Origin: a virus
Lineage: Duplodnaviria > Caudoviricetes
Direction: 5' to 3' (one strand)
Virus record (IMG/VR): IMGVR_UViG_3300037420_001739
Span: 1 to 55,425 of that record
Length of the DNA: 55,425 nt
Below the pieces are notes generated by a model, which saw only the letters and a list, made by a program, of their open reading frames with translations, ran no database searches and was not told where the DNA came from. This document shows positions 16,683 through 25,108 of the stretch, piece after piece. Numbering within the stretch: the stretch's first letter is position 1; every line of letters begins with the position of its first letter. The position numbers and the translations under genes are program-made.

Positions 16683-17045
16683 TTAATAAACGTGCCCGAA
16701 AAAGCCGGTATTCGCATTCACGCCCAGAATGATCAATATCAAAAGGATAATGATCGCAACGATGTCATTTACTTTGAAAGGGATTCTTTCAGAGAAATTA
16801 AGCCATCCCCAAAATGCAGCGCCTGCGAAAAACAGTGTTGCAAATAATGTTTCGCTGCCTCCATGACCAGCTCTGTGAGCCTGTGCAAGCAGATTGTGAC
16901 CAATGCCATAAGAGCTACCGATCAAGATGAACATTAATACGATCCCGAATAGTCCGAATACTACTGTCAGGATCTTGGTCAAAACTGAATCATCGGCATC
17001 CCAATGAAAGACTCTCTGTAGGAAATTGAAAACTGATGTTAACAT
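16683..17045 (-). CDS. Multi-pass membrane protein
   Basis: Three hydrophobic segments. Confidence 0.7.
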   Translation of the reverse strand: MLTSVFNFLQRVFHWDADDSVLTKILTVVFGLFGIVLMFILIGSSYGIGHNLLAQAHRAGHGGSETLFATLFFAGAAFWGWLNFSERIPFKVNDIVAIIILLILIILGVNANTGFFGHVY

Positions 17046-17076
17046 AAAAAGTGTTTTTATAGTGAATAATTAATGA

Positions 17077-17781
17077 CTAGAACCGGATTATCGTACGGGT
17101 AATACCAAAAGAAATCATAGGGACAGGATTCGGAATTTTATCCGTGAATGAAACACCATAGCCTAACTGAACACCAATTGCCCATCTCTTTGGTTTTTCA
17201 TAAATGCGATATGCTTTAATGCCTGAAACTTTTGTATCAGGATTTGCAGTTGACACGTCCAGTTGAATTAAATGCTTGCGATTGAAAATTGATCCTTCAT
17301 TTACTTTCTTCCAAAGGACCGTCACCGTATCGAATGACTGCAGATGCATGTAAGAGCTGTCCCCTATCTGTACATGCGCTTTGTAATAAGGACTGGAAAA
17401 GTTCTGTGCTACATTTCTTTGCACCGGTGGACAATCCTTTTTAGCTGTATCGATCGGAAAATAATCTTCGACTGTTGGCTTTCCTTCCGGACGGATATCG
17501 CTCTGCCCTTCCGTTGTTGCGATAACGTATTCAATAACGTTTTTTGGTTTACTGTTATACACCTTGGCCAGACTATCTATCAGGTGCGCCCGGTCAGCTG
17601 CGAAATAAGAAGGATCTGCCTTCAAGGAAGCAACAATATCTCCTGCATCATTCACCCACTCCAAAGTGTCAACCTGTTCCGAGCCTTCTTGTAGTGAAGC
17701 AGGTGAATGATGCCAGGTAAATAAGATGACTGCTAGCAGCGCGCCTATTATGAGTGTTAATGTGGTTTTGCTGATATACAT
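17077..17781 (-). CDS. Spanin-like protein (possible unimolecular type)
   Basis: N-terminal transmembrane anchor; C-terminal KRWAIGVQLGYG..ISFGITRTIIRF beta-hairpin ending in F. Confidence 0.55.
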   Translation of the reverse strand: MYISKTTLTLIIGALLAVILFTWHHSPASLQEGSEQVDTLEWVNDAGDIVASLKADPSYFAADRAHLIDSLAKVYNSKPKNVIEYVIATTEGQSDIRPEGKPTVEDYFPIDTAKKDCPPVQRNVAQNFSSPYYKAHVQIGDSSYMHLQSFDTVTVLWKKVNEGSIFNRKHLIQLDVSTANPDTKVSGIKAYRIYEKPKRWAIGVQLGYGVSFTDKIPNPVPMISFGITRTIIRF

Positions 17782-17783
17782 TA

Positions 17784-18140
17784 CTAGCCCATTTTAAGAA
17801 TGTCAAATTTTTGTTGTAGCCATTGAATGGCCTTATCCAGACCAAACGACAGGAAAAAGCCGATGCCGATCGCAATAGGAAAACTAAGCGGCTTACCAAA
17901 GATGTCCGGAGAGAAACGAAAGAAAATAAACATCAGCGCGATCGTGGCCAATATCCTCAATAGGTTATCCCAAAGGAGAAATCCCCAACTGAACTTCACT
18001 GGTGTTCGTGTTGACGCAGGATCCCTTTTCCGTGAATGAGCGTATAGCGATAACAATATCGCAATGAAGGAAAAAAAGAACGCTGCCAAATAGTAAGGGA
18101 TAGACAGCTCTCCCAAAATGTATTGCTTAAACTCTTGCAT
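17784..18140 (-). CDS. Putative holin
   Basis: 118 aa with three transmembrane segments, at the start of the lysis cassette. Confidence 0.6.
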   Translation of the reverse strand: MQEFKQYILGELSIPYYLAAFFFSFIAILLSLYAHSRKRDPASTRTPVKFSWGFLLWDNLLRILATIALMFIFFRFSPDIFGKPLSFPIAIGIGFFLSFGLDKAIQWLQQKFDILKMG

Positions 18141-18150
18141 GGTGGATGCT

Positions 18151-18459
18151 TTATTTATGAATAAAAAATTTCTGAAGTAAATCGCTTATGGTCCATCCGG
18201 CCGCGAAGGATGCCCCGACCAAAAAATAAATAACACGGTCTTTCCATCGCTCCAGCTTTGCAACTCTTGCCTTGAGCTGTCGCACATCGCCAACCATGCC
18301 GTTGTCGTTTTTGTCGAATTCATTTCCGGATAGGATGTTGATTATCTTATCCACTTTGCCGTTTAGGTTGCGTAAATCGGCTTTCATTTGTAAGGATTCC
18401 GTTTGCTCCATTGGTGGCCTTGTTTTTGTACCACCTTGTTCGGTGGATTTGGTTATCAT
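18151..18459 (-). CDS. Coiled-coil protein with C-terminal transmembrane segment (XhlA-like, lysis-associated)
   Basis: LKARVAKLERWK coiled coil followed by a hydrophobic tail. Confidence 0.55.
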   Translation of the reverse strand: MITKSTEQGGTKTRPPMEQTESLQMKADLRNLNGKVDKIINILSGNEFDKNDNGMVGDVRQLKARVAKLERWKDRVIYFLVGASFAAGWTISDLLQKFFIHK

Positions 18460-18511
18460 TTTAGTTTTGGCCCTGCATAATCTTTTGGTGGAAGAGGTGC
18501 AGGGCTTTTGT

Positions 18512-21500
18512 TTAAAAAAACAATCTTGTGAACTTCAAAACCTTTTGCTTGATCTTAAAGAATAGTCTATCTGAAGGCGGTGGCGGCGGCGGTGGAAGAG
18601 CAGCGTTCGAATACTCAATGATGATCGGTTTTGCCGAGTAATTGAATGTCACGCTTCCGGTACTTGTAGATGTTGTCTTACTCATTACTGTACTGCCGTT
18701 ATCCTGGAACTGCCTTATGTTATAATTCCCTGCTGGTATATTCAAAGTGATCGTCCCTTTTCTTTCTGCGAAGGCTGTAGTATCATTTACGATAGAAGTA
18801 ATTTCTTCACTCCACAGCGCAATCTTGGTACTATCCGTTGTTGCGAATTTGTATGCGTGAAGCCACGGTGAACCTGTGGCAACGGAATCAGAATAAGTGT
18901 ACGCCGCTACAGTATTGTTATACTGGGCCATGTAGTCACCTTGCGGTGATCTTGTTATGGTATTGGCGTCGCCATCATTTAACTGACGTAATAACCGCAT
19001 GGTGCCGAATTGGGTAGTCGAGTTATTGGAAACGCTCTCCGGCCAATCCTGGAACAAAGGATAATAAGTTGCCCTATCCACCCCATCCACTTCCATGCAA
19101 AACATTCCTCTTACCATCCACATTGCGCCTACGATTTCCCTGGTGTAAGGCCCATAAGCGCCGGCATGAAGCGGTGATCCTACATTCTGATCCCATCCCC
19201 ATTCGGTGATGTATAATTTCGTGTGTGGAATTCTTCGTTGAATCAGGTTAACAAAATCCTGTACGTAGGAACGAATAGATTCCCATGGCAAGCCGCCATT
19301 ATTTCCGTAGCCATATTGTCCACCCGCCGAAGGGTAGATGTGTATATTGACTGCCGTAAAAGGAACATCGATTGTGCCATCGGGTAAATAACCTCTTACC
19401 CTTCTGGCCTCTTCGATTATTCCATAGAGTTGATCAGTAAACTGAGTGGCGAGCCCTCCACAAATAACATCGATTGTCGAATCAGCTTGTTTTGCTCCTG
19501 TATTGGGGAAGGATTTTTTAAAGCCATCATAGGCCATGTTCATCCCGTGGAAAATCGTTTTGCCATTCCAGAAGCCTAGCCAGTTTGTCCACCATCCGTT
19601 AGCTTCGTTAAATGGTTCCACTCCACTGTAAATGCCAGCACCTTTCAGTAGCCTTTGGGCGGGTGATTGTAAGGGATAGTTAGCAACAGCCGTATTCTTC
19701 CCGCCTCTACGGGCATAAACGTTCATGTTCTGCCCTGTTAGAAGGTGAGCAGAATCCAGGTCTCTTCGTGGAAGGTCGTTATCGCCAAAATAAATCGGGT
19801 TTACGCTTTCCTGCGATTTGTAGAAGGTGAGAACATCGCCAACGGAAATAGATAATCCACCCCCAACATTAAAATGTCTTGTTTGTTCCAGTAATGAACT
19901 GGAAAAATATTCTGGTGTTTGTGTGACATTGATTAGCGCCCCACCCTTATATACATACCAAAGCGTGATAAGATATTCGGTAGGTTGAGATACTGCAGAA
20001 ATGTTCATCCAGACTTCACCCCATGATCCATGATTAATAAAGTTGGTAACTGTTCCCCTGATGTACCGGTTCGGGAAGTTGTCGATAACATTCCAACTAT
20101 TTTTCTGTGGCGTCCACTGTCCTGTTATCGCTTTCCAGGTATAGATAGAAGGCTTCCACCTGTGCAGGATACCAAATGCCGAATCAGTAGAGTACCTGTC
20201 CGTTCCCAGTTCTGGCTCAAACCTGAATGAGTTGGATCCATCGGTTACCTCATATCCGTTTTCCCATGTACGCAGGTTCGTGATACCGAGAGATTCTATG
20301 GCGGCTATCTTAGCCGGGTTCATGTGATCATAAGAGTGATCAACAGCCCCAGACATTTGCCCAAGTGGCGCTTTCGCTTTTGGCGGTGCATTGGATGGGT
20401 TGATATAATGTCCCCATACTTCGATCTCAGAACCAAATTGATAGTTTGATGATGAAGAGCGGAAAATAATTTTAGCGATCGTACTTACGGTATCAGGAGA
20501 AGCATAGACGAAATGCTGATTGGCACCACCATGAAAAGTACCTAAGCTAACCTGTGTACTGTTGGTTTTCTCCATGATGATATCGACGGTACAGGTATCA
20601 GAGTTCGCAATGAACATTTTAACCCCTGTTACTCTTGCGCTCCAATCCCACAGGTCAAATACTACTTCGTGCGTGGTATAAATGATCGGTCGTGCTGGTG
20701 AGTAATTAACAAGGGTATCACCATTAACTAATTTATCTGCCCTATCCTGTTGGCTGTTATCCTGCCAGACATATTTCGTAGTGATTGGGATTTTTACACC
20801 TGGTAGTTCGGTAAGGTTTGGATCAGGTGGCGGTGTCGATTGATACTGGTAGAGCCACTCGTATACATTCTTACTCGTAACGTTGTTTACATTCGTTCGG
20901 AAGGCTGTATCAAACGCTATGATACCATCATGCCCAACACCGGGAAGCCTTGTTACAAAAGCCAGTGGTGAAGGCGTAAGTGAATTGTAAATTGTTATTA
21001 GCTGTACGGTTTTTAATGCACCATTGGTAGAGTTGAGTGTATCAGCACTTCCGTAAATAGCATGAAGTTTTACGCGATACCTCTTACCCATAGAGGCAGC
21101 CGAATCCTGTTCCGGTGGTTGGTTAAGAAACCCCGTGAACGAAGTAACATAACATGCGGCTATTCTCTGTGCTGCTTGTGGATTCCATGTACATCCGGAA
21201 ACGGCACCCTCGGCCCCGCCTGAATAACCGGAAACATAAATTCTTGAAGGATCAACCCTGTACGTACTTAATAATCCATTGATAAAGTAATTCCAGACAT
21301 CCTGGTGGTTGTATTGGCCGATGGTTGTATTAAGATCGTACTGAGGACAAGCCACAATAAATTTTACCGTCTTACCAGCTGAAACGCATTTAGGTACTTG
21401 CCCATGGTCGATCAGGTAAGGGAGCGATGCGCTTTTCAACAAAGCATCATTGCGGGTGCTGCTTCCTTCGCCGTGTCCATGAAGAAAAATAAGTATCGGA

Positions 21501-21661
21501 TATTTCTTATTTACCGAATCATTATAGTCATCGGGAAGAGAAACTAATCCTGGAACCGTTTGGTAAAAGAATGGACCATTTGAAAAGGTAGCTTGTTGTA
21601 ATGCCTGACCCTGTGAGAATAGGGTAACAAAAAGGCATAATATCGTAAGAAGCTTTTTCAT
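18512..21661 (-). CDS. Secreted multidomain hydrolase: alpha/beta-hydrolase, beta-sandwich and clan GH-A-like glycosidase
   Basis: Signal MKKLLTILCLFVTLFSQG-Q (TAATG coupling at 21661); FLHGHGE and GYSGG nucleophile elbow; FNEANG and YITEWGWD glutamate motifs; poly-Pro linker near the C-terminus. Confidence 0.75.
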   Translation of the reverse strand: MKKLLTILCLFVTLFSQGQALQQATFSNGPFFYQTVPGLVSLPDDYNDSVNKKYPILIFLHGHGEGSSTRNDALLKSASLPYLIDHGQVPKCVSAGKTVKFIVACPQYDLNTTIGQYNHQDVWNYFINGLLSTYRVDPSRIYVSGYSGGAEGAVSGCTWNPQAAQRIAACYVTSFTGFLNQPPEQDSAASMGKRYRVKLHAIYGSADTLNSTNGALKTVQLITIYNSLTPSPLAFVTRLPGVGHDGIIAFDTAFRTNVNNVTSKNVYEWLYQYQSTPPPDPNLTELPGVKIPITTKYVWQDNSQQDRADKLVNGDTLVNYSPARPIIYTTHEVVFDLWDWSARVTGVKMFIANSDTCTVDIIMEKTNSTQVSLGTFHGGANQHFVYASPDTVSTIAKIIFRSSSSNYQFGSEIEVWGHYINPSNAPPKAKAPLGQMSGAVDHSYDHMNPAKIAAIESLGITNLRTWENGYEVTDGSNSFRFEPELGTDRYSTDSAFGILHRWKPSIYTWKAITGQWTPQKNSWNVIDNFPNRYIRGTVTNFINHGSWGEVWMNISAVSQPTEYLITLWYVYKGGALINVTQTPEYFSSSLLEQTRHFNVGGGLSISVGDVLTFYKSQESVNPIYFGDNDLPRRDLDSAHLLTGQNMNVYARRGGKNTAVANYPLQSPAQRLLKGAGIYSGVEPFNEANGWWTNWLGFWNGKTIFHGMNMAYDGFKKSFPNTGAKQADSTIDVICGGLATQFTDQLYGIIEEARRVRGYLPDGTIDVPFTAVNIHIYPSAGGQYGYGNNGGLPWESIRSYVQDFVNLIQRRIPHTKLYITEWGWDQNVGSPLHAGAYGPYTREIVGAMWMVRGMFCMEVDGVDRATYYPLFQDWPESVSNNSTTQFGTMRLLRQLNDGDANTITRSPQGDYMAQYNNTVAAYTYSDSVATGSPWLHAYKFATTDSTKIALWSEEITSIVNDTTAFAERKGTITLNIPAGNYNIRQFQDNGSTVMSKTTSTSTGSVTFNYSAKPIIIEYSNAALPPPPPPPSDRLFFKIKQKVLKFTRLFF

Positions 21662-22329
21662 TAGTTCGATAGTATTTGAATGTAAAGAGAGGTAAGGTGA
21701 ACCCATGGGTTACCACTTACCCAGTGAGCAGTTATGTTGATTTCGCCGAGTGATGTAGTAGTAACCTGCAGAACATCCAAAGCAGGATCCTCGTAAGGAG
21801 AACCGGCACACGTACCTTGGTTGCCTGATGTATTTCTATTGGGTGAGGTTATCCCGTTAGCGGTGACATTGACGATCGCTGACCAGTAATAGAAGTCGTT
21901 GAAATGGAAATAAAGCTTAACCTGCCTGTTAGCGGGTAAGCCTGTTAGCTTGAATGTTCCACCATCATTGAATCTCCATCCCATTCCGGTCACATACTGT
22001 TTGCACCATACGTTATCAGAAGCCGGATCCAATCCACCATCGGGAGCAGTCGATGCTGACTGTAATGCACCCGTATTGACAACAAGGTTTACATTGCTTG
22101 CCGTTCCTGTTGTATCCTTCAGATTATTCCTGGTGAAAGGAAGTGTGAGCGGATAATTGACACTTTGGATTTTGGGATAAAGAAGTTCGTCGTGGTATTC
22201 ATTCAACAGATTCAAATGAATTGCCTGAACAACTGATGTCGGGATGCTGCTAACTTTCGGCATCAGTATTTTATATTGGGCCTGCGTAGTCAGAGAAAAG
22301 AAAAGTAATATCGTTAAGATGAACCTCAT
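21661..22329 (-). CDS. Secreted beta-rich protein
   Basis: Signal MRFILTILLFFSLTTQA-Q. Confidence 0.75.
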   Translation of the reverse strand: MRFILTILLFFSLTTQAQYKILMPKVSSIPTSVVQAIHLNLLNEYHDELLYPKIQSVNYPLTLPFTRNNLKDTTGTASNVNLVVNTGALQSASTAPDGGLDPASDNVWCKQYVTGMGWRFNDGGTFKLTGLPANRQVKLYFHFNDFYYWSAIVNVTANGITSPNRNTSGNQGTCAGSPYEDPALDVLQVTTTSLGEINITAHWVSGNPWVHLTSLYIQILSN

Positions 22330-22580
22330 TTTTTAGGTTGTTCTTTTTTGAATATTTGACCATGCTTAAACATCCACTCCACAAACTGATTTAATTCTTT
22401 TCCGGTAGCTGGCTTACCATTGATATTTACATTGCTTTCCATTAGTATGTTGGCAATGGTTTGCATATCCTGCACCGAAAAAACAAATACTGTGTCCATT
22501 GTTGGCTGAACAGAATCCTTCTTTTGCGCTGAAGAATTAAGAGCGAATCCGATTGAAAGCAGTGCGATAATTTTCTTCAT
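22326..22580 (-). CDS. Small secreted protein (possible fibre chaperone)
   Basis: Signal MKKIIALLSIGFALNSSA-Q. Confidence 0.7.
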   Translation of the reverse strand: MKKIIALLSIGFALNSSAQKKDSVQPTMDTVFVFSVQDMQTIANILMESNVNINGKPATGKELNQFVEWMFKHGQIFKKEQPKK

Positions 22581-22589
22581 GTTTTTTTA

Positions 22590-23678
22590 TTAAAAGGTGT
22601 ATGATATAGTGTAATTACCCATAAATCCATAGCCAGTAAGGTTATTTGCATTTCCCTTGTCAGCCCTTACTTTAATTCTGTATGTGCCAGCATTCAAAGT
22701 CTGTGTAATTGTGGCGGCAAGCGTTGTGGTGTTTGAACTGGATGCGATAATTGAACCCGTTGAACTAATGATATCAATAGCAGCATCCAGCGTGGCGCTA
22801 GTTCCACTTGTCCCGATGTATGACGGCGTTACTCCAATAGTCACACTTTGTGTAGATGGAATTTCTATTTTGTAGTAATCCGAATCGTTTACCCCGATAA
22901 ATCCATTGAATACCTGGTTTTTTCTTAAATACTTGGCCGTATTGAAGGTTGTTCCAGCATCCCCTAATCGTGCGCCACCAAGGGTAAGAAATGTAGATGT
23001 TCCAATAGCACCCGTATTGTATAATTGTCCCGATGATATAATTGCTATATCGTCCTGCTGACTTGAAAATTCATTGGCACCACGGGATAGGGTAACCATA
23101 TTTTTTGAGTACAAAGTCCCCGTTGAAGTCATCAGCGGAATCCATCCTGTCTCACCCGAACCTCCCCCATTGGAATTATAATGACTCAACCCTAATTGAT
23201 GACCAAGTTCGTGGGCGGCCACTCTTGCCCTATTGCTTCCCCCAAGGCCATCAAATACCCATGACGGTGTATCATCTGCCTTCGCCATAGAGCCGGTAAA
23301 AGAGACGCCGCCTACACAAATAGTTACTCCGCAGTACCACTGGTAAGAAGGGGTAATTATTATCCATGCCCTTCTGCCTGGCTTGGCGAGATTGTAAAGA
23401 GTGCTGTCGCGGGTAACAACGATATTAAATGGTTGGTAAATCTGTCTTCCGAATTCAACCACACTGTCCATTGCTGAAGTATTGCCGTTAATAGCACTTG
23501 CGGCAGCATTAATTGTGCTTCCACTCCATGACGCATTGTTGACGGTCGCACCAGTGAAGTCATACCATGCACAAACACCTCCATTAACGATCATGGTAGA
23601 ATCCTTCTGCCTCTGTGTTTGTCCCAAACAGGAAAGTGTGCTGATTGAAGCAATGAGTATGATAAAAAGTCTCTTCAT
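22590..23678 (-). CDS. Secreted metzincin metalloprotease with C-terminal PPC-like domain
   Basis: Signal MKRLFIILIASISTLSCLG-Q; HELGHQLGLSH, Met-turn WIPLM, DSDYYKI...LNAGTYRIKV. Confidence 0.85.
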   Translation of the reverse strand: MKRLFIILIASISTLSCLGQTQRQKDSTMIVNGGVCAWYDFTGATVNNASWSGSTINAAASAINGNTSAMDSVVEFGRQIYQPFNIVVTRDSTLYNLAKPGRRAWIIITPSYQWYCGVTICVGGVSFTGSMAKADDTPSWVFDGLGGSNRARVAAHELGHQLGLSHYNSNGGGSGETGWIPLMTSTGTLYSKNMVTLSRGANEFSSQQDDIAIISSGQLYNTGAIGTSTFLTLGGARLGDAGTTFNTAKYLRKNQVFNGFIGVNDSDYYKIEIPSTQSVTIGVTPSYIGTSGTSATLDAAIDIISSTGSIIASSSNTTTLAATITQTLNAGTYRIKVRADKGNANNLTGYGFMGNYTISYTF

Positions 23679-23684
23679 AAAAAA

Positions 23685-24128
23685 TTAATTATCCAGTAAG
23701 ATTGTTTTACCCCTGTCCCTGAATTTGGTGTAATAGCCTGCCCAAATAGCATCAGCGATGTTTGTCCAGTAGATCATATTTGATTTACCAGAGATAGCCG
23801 AAGTAATAGCCGCATACCGTGATGCTATCTCTCCTGCGGGCGCATTCTTAACACCGTTGTACATTGCCAGAACAATCTTTCCAGGTATTGAATCGATTGT
23901 TACATTGGTTGTCCATGATGCAGGATTGACGGTTCTTATCTTGTCCCTAATCCTTCTTACTTGGTAAGATGTGGCACTGTCCTCGTTAGTGTCTCCGTAT
24001 TTTCCTACAAGCCATGCCCAATCCTGCGCTTGCAGTTGAAGATTTCTTACCGATACCGTATCAATAGTTTGACAGTTGGCTTTCACCGAAAAAAGAAGAA
24101 TGATAGTTATTGCGCTGAGTGTTTTCAT
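23685..24128 (-). CDS. Secreted hypothetical protein
   Basis: Signal MKTLSAITIILLFSVKANC-Q; likely start at 24128. Confidence 0.7.
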   Translation of the reverse strand: MKTLSAITIILLFSVKANCQTIDTVSVRNLQLQAQDWAWLVGKYGDTNEDSATSYQVRRIRDKIRTVNPASWTTNVTIDSIPGKIVLAMYNGVKNAPAGEIASRYAAITSAISGKSNMIYWTNIADAIWAGYYTKFRDRGKTILLDN

Positions 24129-24138
24129 ACTTGTTTTT

Positions 24139-25107
24139 TTATGCTGCACGATATCTGAGTTTTGAACCTATATAAACTTTTGCTGTTCCACTGGTTGCCT
24201 TTGCCACCTTTATGCTTATTGTTGGCGATCCTGCCGAACCTGTTTTTATAAATCCTTTGATAGTAATTTGCCCATCACCGGCAACAAGTACACATGCTGC
24301 TGATGCTGTATTGAGAGCATTTGAGCCGATAGCCATACCGGTTGCTGCCGCACTGGTAGCCGTTCCTGTAAAAACACCTATCTGTCCGGATCCTGTTCCC
24401 GATTGCTGAACGCCGATAGTTATTCCTGCCGTAGAGGAAGAGTTGACATAAAGCACCGCTTCAAACTCGTATAGCGTTGCTGTACTCAAAGTCCCTGTAA
24501 CCAAACCAGTAACATCAGTCAGTGAAGTGTTGGTAGTTGTAAAATCAGATCCGGAAACTTTGGTAACTGTCCATCCACCTTCATTTGTTGATATAGATTG
24601 CTTTGCTGCTAAATCAGTTGTGAGGTTTGTAATCTGACTTTCATTTAATGTGATATCAGAGCCTACTAATTTGGATGCAGCTATTGAACCGGCAAGCATT
24701 GCATTGGTTACCTTACCACTTCCGATTGTGGTCGTTATTGCTGTGGTTCCGCTTCCTGTAATGTCCCCTGATAATGTAATAGTCTGATTGCTTATTAAAT
24801 AACTTCCAATAGGCTGATACGTCAAAGCAGCATCCGTGATAGTTAAATAAGCGCTGTTGTCATAAGTAACCGTTGTCCCACTCAGTTTTGCAAAACCTGT
24901 CCCACTTAACTGAGTTTGATATGTTGTGTTGTCGTAGCTTATAGTGGTGCCGCTAACCTTTACGAAGCCAGTTCCATTCAACAGACTACATCCGCCACCT
25001 ATTAATGTGTTGACCTCACCCCTAGTAAGGTTGGAATTATCTGTTAACCTTCTTTGACTAAAGCAAAGGGTTGGAAACAGCATGATGAATAATAGTTTTA
25101 AGACCAT
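24139..25107 (-). CDS. Fibre-like protein with signal peptide
   Basis: Signal MVLKLLFIMLFPTLCFS-Q; tandem LxGTGFxKxSGTTxxYDNxxY repeats; ITLSGDITGSGTTAITTTI and VTNAMLAGSIAASKL fibre-type motifs. Confidence 0.7.
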   Translation of the reverse strand: MVLKLLFIMLFPTLCFSQRRLTDNSNLTRGEVNTLIGGGCSLLNGTGFVKVSGTTISYDNTTYQTQLSGTGFAKLSGTTVTYDNSAYLTITDAALTYQPIGSYLISNQTITLSGDITGSGTTAITTTIGSGKVTNAMLAGSIAASKLVGSDITLNESQITNLTTDLAAKQSISTNEGGWTVTKVSGSDFTTTNTSLTDVTGLVTGTLSTATLYEFEAVLYVNSSSTAGITIGVQQSGTGSGQIGVFTGTATSAAATGMAIGSNALNTASAACVLVAGDGQITIKGFIKTGSAGSPTISIKVAKATSGTAKVYIGSKLRYRAA

Positions 25108-25108
25108 A

